This document shows positions 9,904 through 19,870 of a DNA stretch of 64,000 bases, piece after piece. The notes under the pieces were generated by a model. That model saw only the letters and a program-made list of their open reading frames with translations. It was not told where the DNA came from and made no database searches. How positions within the stretch are numbered: position 1 is the first letter of the stretch; every line of letters starts with the position of its first letter. The DNA is from Sedimentisphaerales bacterium. GTDB lineage: Bacteria > Planctomycetota > Phycisphaerae > Sedimentisphaerales > SM23-30. Position numbers and translations under genes: made by a program. Where the stretch lies: assembly GCA_963663965.2 (NCBI GenBank), contig CAXXFK010000007.1, forward strand, positions 128,001 through 192,000. Reading direction: 5' to 3'.

Positions 9904-12900
9904 CTAAAAATGCATCAAGAATCGCCGCCAGAATGGCACACATTGTTTTAAACGCGTTTTCCATTCCAGAATTGCCCATTTTGTGTATTTATTTACAAAA
10001 CATTTCATCACTGCCTTATGTCCCAGTTTGATATGGTAATAATCTAATTCACCGGTCTCTATCAGGTATTTAAAATGTCTCAATAGAGGCGGGATCTGGA
10101 TATAGCTGCCAGGAATCCAGAATCGATCGCTGTCGTCGTTAATCAGGGATTCATACTGAAGATACGTTTCCAGAAATTCCTGATCATGTCCCAGCCGCAA
10201 GGCTCCTTCGCAAAGGACGCAAACCAGATATTTCATGGTATAGTCCGGTGCGATCCGAGCCAGGGTATCGTGCGCGGTCTGGTAGATTTCAGCTGTCTGA
10301 CGATGGCGGTTGCTGTCCTGGCGCAAACTGTTGATATATTGTACCAGCGCCCACATTTCGACATCATTTCTTTCGCGCCAATTGGTCATCCATTTCCGCA
10401 GGACTTTAACAGACTTTGGCCCACGTTTGGCCAGCGCGTAGCCGATCTGTTGCCAGACCGGGGTCCGTTCGTAACATCGTTGCTGATGCCGCGCCCAGTA
10501 GCGCAATACATGTTTTTCACAAAGATCGCCTGACAAACTCTGCATAACCGAGGCCAGATAGGTACCATTATCCCAGGGACAGGTCTCCAGGATGTTCATC
10601 AGTTCCATTCGCATCCTGACTCCTTTCGAACGCCATAGCTTCCGGCCCCATGGATGCCGTTGCCAGGCGGCTTCGCCCATCTGGATCATATCGAGCATCA
10701 TATCGAAAGCCGGTTTGCGTATCCTGATTCTCTGGCGCAGCAACACCAGGGCCGCTTCGACCGCGCGTTGATGGACTTCGCGTAATGATTCCCATACTGT
10801 CTGTTCCGGCCAGACCTCGTCATCCCCTGGCAGCTGCCAGACCTGCTGTGCCGCCTCGATGGCAGTGTCCCATTGGCCCCAGCGTGCGTAAAGCTGGACC
10901 TTGCGCGCCAGCACAAATGCAGAACGGGGATAAATCCGTTCAATGGCAGTAATGACTTCGCTTGCCTTGTCAGTATCTTTACGCTCCAGCAGGATATCGA
11001 ACCGGATCAAATGGACCGCTTCGTTTTCGGGAAAGTTGATTAATAACTGTTGCCATTCCCGATCCAATCGGCCCGTTTCAACGCCGGCCTGTGCCAGGAT
11101 ATGCAAACGCCGGGCGCATAGCACCGGATTGCCGTGTACAACCTCGGGTATCGCGTTGAAATATTTTTTGGCGCGTTTCCAGTCTTTATCCTGGGTAATC
11201 CAATCGATCAGGGTATCCCATCCCTGGAAATAACAGGGATGCTTTTGTAGCAGGCCGGCCATTTCATCAACGGCTTTATCGAGTTGGCCTTGTTGGCGAG
11301 TTATCGAGGCCAGTTGTCCATATATCTTTTCCGGCTCATCACAGATCGGCGCCTGTTCGTTTAAAAGTTGGCGAGCCTCCTTATACTGTCGTTTGTCAAC
11401 CATCAAGGAGGCCAGTTTCATGGCGGCCGGGGTAAAGGAGGCATTAAGCGCCAGCGCTTTGCGAAAACAGGATTCGATCCGGGCAATGTCCGAAGTTGAA
11501 GGACTTTGATAAAGTGTTTCGCCGTAAAGATACCATAAATATGCCCCGTCCGGGGCCAGTTCTGTTCCGAGGCGAGCCAGGTTAACCGCGTCTTGATGAT
11601 GCCCCAGGTCCATTAGCAAATGGATAGTCCGTTCGCGCAAATCAATACTTTCCGGGATTCTCTCCAATCCCTTTTGGGCGGCTGCCAGTGCCCGTGAATA
11701 ATCGCCCATCGAATAATACAGGTAGCCCGCATCCAGCCAGGATCGTTCATTAGCCGGATTCAGTTCGCAACCGGCTTCCATCAGTGCGACGGCCTGGTCG
11801 GCCTGTCCCTGACGCAACAGAACTTCGGCCAGTTCCAATCGGGCCCGGGCCTGGCGCGGTTGCTGTTGGATAATCTGTTTCAGAACCGGAACCTGTTTTT
11901 CGTCATCGGATAAAATGTCATAGGCCATGGCCAGCGACATTTTCAGGTCGAAGTTATTGGGGTATTTTTTCATTTGCGGCAAAATGATCTCGATCGCGCG
12001 TCGGGCATCCTGCCGGCCCTGGCCAAAATGCAGCAGCAAATCAATATTTGCTTCGATCAATGCCGGATCCTGCGGGGCGCGTTTGCGCCAGGGTTCGATG
12101 AGCGCCTCGGCCCGCTTCACGCCATGTCGGCGCGCTATATTCAAAATAACGGTACGCGCGTTCCATAAGAATCCAGTTGTCTTAAACAGGTTTTCTTCGA
12201 GGATTGCAATGATGCCGGCTTGTTTTTCCGCTGGTAAATGATCGTAGCAATCCCAGATGGCATGATAACACGCGGAATATTCCGGATTAATTGCCAGCGC
12301 TTGTTCTATCAACTTGCCGGCCTGGTTATAATCGCCTTTTGCCAGGGCCACCTGATGGCCGAAGAGTATGGTGCGTGAATTGTGGGGTGATAATCGAATC
12401 AAAGTCTGTTCGATTTGTTGAATCTCATCCATCAGGCTTTCGCGCTGATCAGGTGATGCCAGGCCAAACCGGTGCAGCAGTAATCGCCCCAGTTTTTCCC
12501 AACCCCAGCTATCCAGGGGATTACGTGCCGCGCGGTCGCGCAATAAAGCTTCGCCCCCTTCCGTTTCGAAGTTGTCGTTCAATTCATCCAGATAGATTTC
12601 TTCGTAGGTGTCGTTATGGGGATTATCTGCCAGCCACTGGGAAGCTACCGATAGGGTTGCCTTGCGTCCCTGTTCCTGCCGGAGTTGGGTAAGATATTCG
12701 CGCCGGGCATTCATATTATGCGGTTCTGTTTCCATCCACAACCGGCACGATATCAAGGCGTTTCGCCAATCGCCCTTAAGATCGTAATAATAAACCGCCG
12801 CTTCACAATAGGGTTCCATATCGCCTGTGGCGCGCAATTTTTCCAGGGTCGTTTCGGCCTGTTCCCACATTCCGTGCCAGGCTTGAAATCGTACCGCAAA

Positions 12901-15075
12901 CGATTCAATCCGGGTATCATCTGGCCTGACTTCGCGCGCTTGCGCCAAAACATTCAGCGCTTCTTCCGGATAGCCGTAATCCATCAAGGCGTCAATCCAG
13001 GTAATCCAGGCGCCGGCTCCCTTGACCAGTCGCCCGAGTTTTTCGGTCCGGTCAGACAGAAAGGCCAGGGCCTCCTGTTGTCGATTGGCCGAGCGCAAGG
13101 CATCGGCCAGGGCCCGGGCATAGTGGTCATTGGTGGGCTCCAGGTTGCAGGCAAGCCGCAGAAACAATTCGCTGCGAGCCTCCTGGCCCTGCCAGATATA
13201 CATGTCGCCCAGGGCGTGATAAAGTCCGCTGTTGGTAATTTCCCGGTTCAGAGTATCCCGCAGCATTCGAATGGCCTGATCCCGGCCTTCGTGAGAATAA
13301 CCCAACAGTTCCGCGTATTCCATGACGTAAAAGCCCGGAGGATACAACCATTGTTGGGCTTCCTGGGCACCGGGAATGCGACCTTGTTCAACAATTTCAG
13401 CCATGACTTCACGCATACGGGCGGAGTCACGCGTTAACCGTAAATGGAATAGCAACTCGTTGCGCACACTTATGCTATCCGGATATTCCGTCAATAAAAC
13501 CTCTTCCTGCTGGATAGCGCCATAGAGATTGCCCAGCTGCCCCTGATGATAAGCCTGCAACCGCCGGGCCATCGGCAGCCGGCCATAATCAGCAGTCAGT
13601 TTATCAATAATATCCTGGCAGGAACATGCGCCCTGGGTTTCCCTCAGTAGGCGATAGGCATTTGTCGCTGTTATTGGCGCGCTGTCTTCCTCTGGTATCA
13701 GATCCAACAAAGCGGCCTGATCCGCCGGAACGATTGCCAGCCCTTCCGGCCCGAATGGCCCATCGATTTCGTCCAGCATATCCTGTAGAATCAGATCCCA
13801 TCGTTCCTGCGAAGGATCGTGTGAAATGAAAAATCCGCACCGGTCATCATAGCCAATCATGGCGGTTGCGTGGGCAGAACCGATATATTGGATCATAATG
13901 ACGAAGGGTAATCCCGCGTCCAGCAGCTGGCGGGCCAGCCCGGCCCGGACAATAAATGATTTGGTGGCATAGCCTTTTTCCCGCAGCCAGTTGACGGCCA
14001 GCCAGGTCGGGGTACCATCGTAGGTCATGGCCCGGGCCAGTTCTTTTTCATCTAATTCATGGCCGAAGCGGCCCAAAACAGCGGCGATGCTGCAAGGCAG
14101 ACAGGTCAGGTGTTCCTGATAGACCGGACGGTATGAAACGATCTTTTGTTGCCCCTGCTGATTTTCCTTCAGATTGGCGGCCACTTTACGGTAGAATGGA
14201 TGGGCGATTTCACGTGAATAACGGGTCATTTTCTCATAATCGCCCGCCAGCATGGCTGCCCACATCTGGATATGACGGTACCGTTGTTTCGTTTCCCGGC
14301 AGGCCAGTGGAGCGAATGTGTCCAGTTGTTCGCAGCGGGTATCCATTGCGCTGGCAATTGCCCTTTTTTCATTGCCGCCCATACGTTCCGCGCGGATCGA
14401 CATGGTCCATAATGACATACCGCAGTTTTCCCAGCAGGGCGCCTCGTCTGCCAGCCTCTGAGCTTCCCGGCAGGCTTCATCCAGCCGGCCCAGCTTGACC
14501 AGGGCGCGGCCATATATGCTGACCAGGGCAGGAAAACGATGGCCGGTTGCGATTAATCCCGCCGCAAGTTCGTAAGCGCGATCCCATCGATCCAGATAAA
14601 AGTGGGCCCAGGATTCACAACAGTCTATCCATTCCGTTCGGGAAGTTTCTTTACGGGCCCGGGCCAGTTGATCCCAGGCCCGGTCACTGTCACGCACGCG
14701 CGCCCACAGCATGGCCTGGCCGGCCCGCCAACTGCTGTCCCAGTCCGGATTACCTGAATCCAGGCCGGGGTGCCGGGCCAGATATTCCAGGTCATCGATA
14801 AATTTATATTTTTTACGCCCACAATCCCGGCAGTATAACCGAACAACCGGATGTTCCGGTTCGCGCAGATAAGCCTGTCGAAACAGCCGGCGACTCAATC
14901 GCTGTCCACCCAGCCGGTTTCCCAGCCGCCCGGCGAACACCAGCTGTTCAACCGTCATTTGCTCCAGGATGGTTGCATCCTGCCACCATTCCCGCGTGCA
15001 CTCCCACGCCTCGAGATAACGACTCCGGTCATACAACCCCACCAGCTCGTTATAATCCAGTTCCGCAATTTCCAT
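9904..15075 (-). CDS. Large TPR-repeat protein with an internal C39-like (papain-fold) peptidase domain
   Basis: QEHLTCLPCS followed by HATAMIGYD; many TPR-like helices; ATG at 15075 with GGAG RBS. Confidence 0.72.
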   Translation of the reverse strand: MEIAELDYNELVGLYDRSRYLEAWECTREWWQDATILEQMTVEQLVFAGRLGNRLGGQRLSRRLFRQAYLREPEHPVVRLYCRDCGRKKYKFIDDLEYLARHPGLDSGNPDWDSSWRAGQAMLWARVRDSDRAWDQLARARKETSRTEWIDCCESWAHFYLDRWDRAYELAAGLIATGHRFPALVSIYGRALVKLGRLDEACREAQRLADEAPCWENCGMSLWTMSIRAERMGGNEKRAIASAMDTRCEQLDTFAPLACRETKQRYRHIQMWAAMLAGDYEKMTRYSREIAHPFYRKVAANLKENQQGQQKIVSYRPVYQEHLTCLPCSIAAVLGRFGHELDEKELARAMTYDGTPTWLAVNWLREKGYATKSFIVRAGLARQLLDAGLPFVIMIQYIGSAHATAMIGYDDRCGFFISHDPSQERWDLILQDMLDEIDGPFGPEGLAIVPADQAALLDLIPEEDSAPITATNAYRLLRETQGACSCQDIIDKLTADYGRLPMARRLQAYHQGQLGNLYGAIQQEEVLLTEYPDSISVRNELLFHLRLTRDSARMREVMAEIVEQGRIPGAQEAQQWLYPPGFYVMEYAELLGYSHEGRDQAIRMLRDTLNREITNSGLYHALGDMYIWQGQEARSELFLRLACNLEPTNDHYARALADALRSANRQQEALAFLSDRTEKLGRLVKGAGAWITWIDALMDYGYPEEALNVLAQAREVRPDDTRIESFAVRFQAWHGMWEQAETTLEKLRATGDMEPYCEAAVYYYDLKGDWRNALISCRLWMETEPHNMNARREYLTQLRQEQGRKATLSVASQWLADNPHNDTYEEIYLDELNDNFETEGGEALLRDRAARNPLDSWGWEKLGRLLLHRFGLASPDQRESLMDEIQQIEQTLIRLSPHNSRTILFGHQVALAKGDYNQAGKLIEQALAINPEYSACYHAIWDCYDHLPAEKQAGIIAILEENLFKTTGFLWNARTVILNIARRHGVKRAEALIEPWRKRAPQDPALIEANIDLLLHFGQGRQDARRAIEIILPQMKKYPNNFDLKMSLAMAYDILSDDEKQVPVLKQIIQQQPRQARARLELAEVLLRQGQADQAVALMEAGCELNPANERSWLDAGYLYYSMGDYSRALAAAQKGLERIPESIDLRERTIHLLMDLGHHQDAVNLARLGTELAPDGAYLWYLYGETLYQSPSTSDIARIESCFRKALALNASFTPAAMKLASLMVDKRQYKEARQLLNEQAPICDEPEKIYGQLASITRQQGQLDKAVDEMAGLLQKHPCYFQGWDTLIDWITQDKDWKRAKKYFNAIPEVVHGNPVLCARRLHILAQAGVETGRLDREWQQLLINFPENEAVHLIRFDILLERKDTDKASEVITAIERIYPRSAFVLARKVQLYARWGQWDTAIEAAQQVWQLPGDDEVWPEQTVWESLREVHQRAVEAALVLLRQRIRIRKPAFDMMLDMIQMGEAAWQRHPWGRKLWRSKGVRMRMELMNILETCPWDNGTYLASVMQSLSGDLCEKHVLRYWARHQQRCYERTPVWQQIGYALAKRGPKSVKVLRKWMTNWRERNDVEMWALVQYINSLRQDSNRHRQTAEIYQTAHDTLARIAPDYTMKYLVCVLCEGALRLGHDQEFLETYLQYESLINDDSDRFWIPGSYIQIPPLLRHFKYLIETGELDYYHIKLGHKAVMKCFVNKYTKWAILEWKTRLKQCVPFWRRFLMHF

Positions 15076-15304
15076 GCCGTCTCCTGTTGTTCTCGGATAT
15101 ATCGTTCCAGTTTTTAAGAAAATCTCCAGCATAAAACAACATTTTTTGGTCAATACCAATCTACCACGGCAGATAAAATAAATATTCCGGCTCAAAATAA
15201 CTCTACCGGGCAAAATCTATTTTAAGCTTTTTTATGACTCTCTCCAACTAGAAATAGTCATATTGTTTTTATTAAAATACACATTAACCTTCAATGTTTT
15301 ATGT

Positions 15305-15501
15305 ATGGGCCGCCCATTTTGTACGCTTATAATTTCATGTTCTTGACAAACCCAATTTGGAATATCTATCTTGTTATTATATTCGGTGAAATAAAATTGC
15401 CATCCGGCTCTAAACAAACCCAATTAACCCGTATTTCATGATAACTATAGCTTAACATTCGACTTATGAATGATTATCTGAGATAAATCAAACGAACCCT
15501 A
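15305..15501 (+). repeat. Conserved intergenic element, copy C
   Basis: ATGGGCCGCCCAT (15305-15317); TGACAAACCCAA (15344-15355); AAACAAACCCAA (15412-15423); TAA-N19-TTA (15442-15466); AAACGAACCCTA (15490-15501). Confidence 0.65.
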
Positions 15502-15693
15502 TGACTGAACGTCTATTACGATTTGGCTGGATTTTGCCGACACATCGGGTAAAATGAGAAAATAGAGTAACTATCGACGCGCTTGCCGGGTCAAAATCCG
15601 GGTAAGTGCTTTTGATTATTGAAAATTAAGGACTTATGGGACCCATACCTCCCCTGTGGGGTGTTGATGGATTCTCGATGGATAATTAAACCA

Positions 15694-18438
15694 ATGGCAG
15701 AAGATAAGCCTGAAGACAAAAAAAATGAGAAGAAACCAGTTGATATATCCAAATTGCTTGATGATCTGAGTTCTTCAATCGATACCAGTAATGAAGATCT
15801 GGAAAAGGTTGATATTAAATCCAAGCTGGTCAATCAGCCACGGCAGCCCATTGTCGTGCAAAATACCACCCGCAAAACGAATCCGACTGAACCTGAAACC
15901 AAGGCGCCCTCGCAAAATTCTACCAAATCGAATCATGAAATTCATGATGACGAGGAGGAAGGTTTCGAAATTCCCGGTGAGATCGGTATTATCGCCCTGC
16001 GTAATGTTGTGGTATTCCCAGGAACGGTGATGCCTCTGGCAATCGGCCGGCCGCGCAGTCGGCGCCTGATCAATGAACTGGCTACCGGTGTCGTTCGGGG
16101 CAATAGTGTGATGATCGAAAATCCACCGCAACACTCTTCCGACAAGATTGTTGGTGTGATTGCCCAGAGAAATCCCGAAACCGATGATCCCAGTTATGAT
16201 GACTTATATTCTGTGGGCGCCATTGTTGGAGTACTGAAGCGGCTCAAGCTGCCCGATGGTAATAATAGTGTTGTCGTTCACGGCCTGACCCGCTTTCGGG
16301 TGGTTGAATGGCTGGGCAAAGATCCGTATCTGCGTGCCCGGATTGAGGTAATACAATCCAATTTTACCCAGACCAAAAAAATGGATGCCCAGATTAACAA
16401 TATCCATTCGATGGCCCGAAAAATGATCGAGCTGTCAACCAATATCCCGGATGAAGTTCAGGTTATTTTGCAAAATATCGATGATCCCGGCGCCTTATGT
16501 GATTTTCTCGCGGCCAATATCAATATTTCGATTGCAGAAAAACAGGAAATTCTTGAGCTGACCGATGTGAACCGGCGACTCGATAAGTTATCCATCTCGC
16601 TGGCCAGTCAATTGGAATTGTTGGAACTCAGCGCCAAGATTCAGAGTAAGGTTCATAAGTCTATCGATAAATCACAGCGCGAATATTATCTTCAGGAACA
16701 ACTCAAGGCAATCCAGAAAGAACTGGGGGTTGCCGACCAGAAATCCGCCGAAATCGATGAATTGCGCGAACAGATTCTTGAAGCAGGGATGCCTGAGAAG
16801 GTGGAAGCCGAGGCCCTGCGCGAACTGGACCGGCTCGATAAGATACCTATGATGAGCCCGGAATTCAGTGTTCAGCGTAATTATCTGGAATGGCTCTGCG
16901 AATTGCCCTGGTCTCAATCGACCCAGGACAAGCTCAATATTGCCTCGGCTCGACGCATATTGAATACAGACCATTATGGATTGGATAAAGTTAAAAAGCG
17001 GATTCTCGAATTCCTTGCAGTTCGTAAGCTGAATCCGGACGGCCGCAGCCCGATCCTTTGCTTTGCCGGCCCGCCGGGAGTGGGCAAAACATCGCTGGGA
17101 CGGAGTATCGCCCGCAGTATGGGGCGCAAGTTCGTGCGAGTTTCATTAGGTGGCATACGCGACGAAGCGGACATTCGCGGTCATCGCCGCACTTATATAG
17201 GCGCACTGCCCGGTCGGATTATCCAGGAGTTGCGGAAATGTGAGAGCAACAATCCGGTATTCATGCTGGACGAACTGGATAAAATCGGCCAGGATTTCCG
17301 GGGCGATCCGGCCTCGGCGTTACTGGAAGTGCTCGATCCTGAGCAGAACTTTTCATTTACCGATCATTTTATCGAACAGCCGTTTGATCTATCCAGAGTC
17401 ATGTTCATCGGCACGGCGAATTATCTGGGCAATGTGCCGCCCGCGCTGCGCGACCGGCTCGAAGTTATCGAGATTCCGGGTTATACCGCTTTGGAAAAAA
17501 TGAATATTGCCAGAAAATATCTGGTTCCGCGCCAGATGAAGGAAAACGGTCTGTCCGAAAAACAAATTCAAATCAAAGATGATGCGCTTGAGACGATTAT
17601 CGAGTCATATACCCGTGAAGCCGGTGTACGTAATCTGGACCGCGAGATCGCTTCGGTGTGTCGAGCGATTGCCGCTGAGGTTGCTGAAGGCAAACGAAAA
17701 AGCGCAACGGTTACTGGGAACCAATTGGTCAAGATACTTGGGCCGGTCAAATACGAATCCGAGTTGGCGCTGCGTACCAGTGTGCCCGGCGTGGCTACCG
17801 GTTTGGCCTATACTCCCGTTGGCGGCGATATTCTGTTTATCGAAACTACGCTAACGCCCGGCAAGGGCCAGTTGATTCTGACCGGTCAATTGGGCGATGT
17901 GATGAAAGAAAGCGCCCAGGCGGCCCTGAGCGTGTTGAAGAGTCTGGCCTTGCAAAAGAACAAGTTCCGTGATGCGAATCTTCGTCGCTTGTCAGAAATT
18001 GCGGCTGACGAAAAAACACTGGTTCAAAATGATTTACATGTCCATGTTCCTGCCGGCGCGATTCCCAAAGATGGCCCTTCGGCGGGTATCGCGCTGTTTA
18101 CTTCAATTGCGTCGCTATTGCTGGATATTCCCGTTAACAAAGAAGTGGCCATGACCGGTGAAATCACCCTGCGCGGCACCGTTCTGCCTATTGGAGGCCT
18201 TAAAGAAAAAATCCTTGCCGCCAAACAAGCCGGAATCAAAACGGTTATTATCCCGGAACGCAATAAAAAAGACCTTATCGACCTTACCAAAGACGTTACC
18301 AAAGGATTGACTTTCGTTCCGGTGAGTAAAGTCGACAAAGTGATTCAAACGGCGTTACAGGCTGAAATTGCCAACCCGCTAAAGAGTTCTAAAAAAGCCG
18401 TAGAACGAAAATCTGGCAAAAAGAATAATGATACCTGA
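15694..18438 (+). CDS. lon: ATP-dependent Lon protease (endopeptidase La)
   Basis: LON N domain, Walker A GPPGVGKTS, LDELDK, catalytic PKDGPSAG; probable ATG at 15694 (ORF is open from 15619). Confidence 0.97.
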   Translation: MAEDKPEDKKNEKKPVDISKLLDDLSSSIDTSNEDLEKVDIKSKLVNQPRQPIVVQNTTRKTNPTEPETKAPSQNSTKSNHEIHDDEEEGFEIPGEIGIIALRNVVVFPGTVMPLAIGRPRSRRLINELATGVVRGNSVMIENPPQHSSDKIVGVIAQRNPETDDPSYDDLYSVGAIVGVLKRLKLPDGNNSVVVHGLTRFRVVEWLGKDPYLRARIEVIQSNFTQTKKMDAQINNIHSMARKMIELSTNIPDEVQVILQNIDDPGALCDFLAANINISIAEKQEILELTDVNRRLDKLSISLASQLELLELSAKIQSKVHKSIDKSQREYYLQEQLKAIQKELGVADQKSAEIDELREQILEAGMPEKVEAEALRELDRLDKIPMMSPEFSVQRNYLEWLCELPWSQSTQDKLNIASARRILNTDHYGLDKVKKRILEFLAVRKLNPDGRSPILCFAGPPGVGKTSLGRSIARSMGRKFVRVSLGGIRDEADIRGHRRTYIGALPGRIIQELRKCESNNPVFMLDELDKIGQDFRGDPASALLEVLDPEQNFSFTDHFIEQPFDLSRVMFIGTANYLGNVPPALRDRLEVIEIPGYTALEKMNIARKYLVPRQMKENGLSEKQIQIKDDALETIIESYTREAGVRNLDREIASVCRAIAAEVAEGKRKSATVTGNQLVKILGPVKYESELALRTSVPGVATGLAYTPVGGDILFIETTLTPGKGQLILTGQLGDVMKESAQAALSVLKSLALQKNKFRDANLRRLSEIAADEKTLVQNDLHVHVPAGAIPKDGPSAGIALFTSIASLLLDIPVNKEVAMTGEITLRGTVLPIGGLKEKILAAKQAGIKTVIIPERNKKDLIDLTKDVTKGLTFVPVSKVDKVIQTALQAEIANPLKSSKKAVERKSGKKNNDT

Positions 18439-18440
18439 CC

Positions 18441-18827
18441 ATGAGTAATGAAGCTCATTTAATTGTATCCCAGCATGGTAAGACTTCAGTCATCTCTTTT
18501 GATGATGCGGTTATTTTAGACGCGTTTCACATTGATTTAATCAGCCAGAGGTTTTTTGCCTTAGTTGAACGGGAGGGCCATCATCGACTGGCTATCGATT
18601 TATCTACTATTAAAATGATCAGTTCTCAAACCCTGGGAGTATTTATCAAATTGAAGAAAATCGCCGAAGAGCGCGGCGGGGATGTCGTTTTCTGCGGTAT
18701 TGATCCCAGGCTTTACAAAGTATTTAAAATTACCAGTCTTGATCGACTGTTCCGTTTTTTCGAGGATCGCCAGCAGGCGATGGAATTTTTTTTGACCTGT
18801 GATTCTCAAGAAGAGATCAACGAATAA
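18441..18827 (+). CDS. STAS-domain anti-sigma-factor antagonist
   Basis: IDLSTIKMISSQTLG and VFKITSLDRLF motifs; 128 aa. Confidence 0.85.
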   Translation: MSNEAHLIVSQHGKTSVISFDDAVILDAFHIDLISQRFFALVEREGHHRLAIDLSTIKMISSQTLGVFIKLKKIAEERGGDVVFCGIDPRLYKVFKITSLDRLFRFFEDRQQAMEFFLTCDSQEEINE

Positions 18828-18844
18828 AATTATGAGGTAAACAT

Positions 18845-19303
18845 ATGCAAGCAGAAATTCAATTTTCAGTTTTTCTGGTCAACAAACCCGGGATTCTTTC
18901 ACATGTATTGGACGCGCTTGCGAATGCCAAGGTGAATATTATTGCCATGACGATGATGGACTCGGTAGAGCATGGCGTATTAAGGCTGGTCTGTGCCCAA
19001 CCGGAACATGCCCGGGCAGTGCTCAAGGGACTTAATCTTCAAATCAACGAAACCGAGGTACTCTGTGTTACTCTGGCAAATCACGCCGGCGCATTGGCTG
19101 AGGTAGCGACCAAACTCTCGGCCGCGCATATCAATATAAATTACTGTTACGTTACCGCAGGCGCCCGCGGCGGCAAAACCACCGGGGTTCTCAAGGTGGC
19201 GGATCTTAAAAAAGCGATTAAAGTATTGAACGGCACGAGCGTCAAGGCGAAGACCGTAAAAAAAATAGCCCATCAGACCAAGCCCCGGGGCAAGAGCCGC
19301 TAA
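18845..19303 (+). CDS. Tandem ACT-domain protein
   Basis: FLVNKPGIL...VNI and LANHAGALA...ININYCY repeats. Confidence 0.85.
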   Translation: MQAEIQFSVFLVNKPGILSHVLDALANAKVNIIAMTMMDSVEHGVLRLVCAQPEHARAVLKGLNLQINETEVLCVTLANHAGALAEVATKLSAAHININYCYVTAGARGGKTTGVLKVADLKKAIKVLNGTSVKAKTVKKIAHQTKPRGKSR

Positions 19304-19640
19304 TCTTTTACATGTGAAAGTTTGCGCGCAATATTAAAGAAATCTTAATTGGGGGGAAAATACTGCCGGGATCCCCTGTTTGGCTCCGGCGTTGCCGGGT
19401 TAGGATTTGGAGGACACGAATTTCGATAATGTATCAAAAAAGAGAGAAGATAATAAGTTGTCGAGATAAAAAAGTGAGGACAATCGATCGGGGTATTTCT
19501 GAAAGAAGGATTTCCGTTTCATAAGAAAAATGTAGTATTTGAGCCATAGATTATTAAATAAGATAATGGCATAGCCATCCATCAGGAATGGTTCGTAGAT
19601 CTGTTAGTATTTTATGTTAGGGAAAAATAATGAATACGCG

Positions 19641-19669
19641 TTGGCCAAATATTTAAAGTCGTGTATAAT
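19641..19669 (+). promoter_or_regulatory. Sigma70-type promoter of the multiheme cytochrome gene
   Basis: TTGGCC-N17-TATAAT, about 200 nt upstream of the ATG. Confidence 0.55.
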
Positions 19670-19870
19670 TCAAGTGTGTCCATAAGGGCATCTGGTTTTG
19701 CCTTTTTCTATTCAGCGTGACCATGAAACATAACAATACGCATAAGAGGGTAGAGAATTCGTTCCATATTCGGGATAGTTATTCTAGCCGGTTATTCTCC
19801 GATCAGTATTTATCTGTTATTTGAGCCAGGTAGAACTTGTTAGAAGTTATTCAATAAGCGAGATGGTTTT

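Noticed and set aside
15076..15693. Longer ORF-track starts for the TPR gene (15213) and lon (15619)
   Set aside because: The extensions use TTG starts inside AT-rich intergenic sequence; the ATGs at 15075 and 15694 fit better.
19723..19824. 33-codon ORF and repeated GTTATT in the cytochrome leader
   Set aside because: No convincing RBS or peptide features; consistent with chance in AT-rich DNA.
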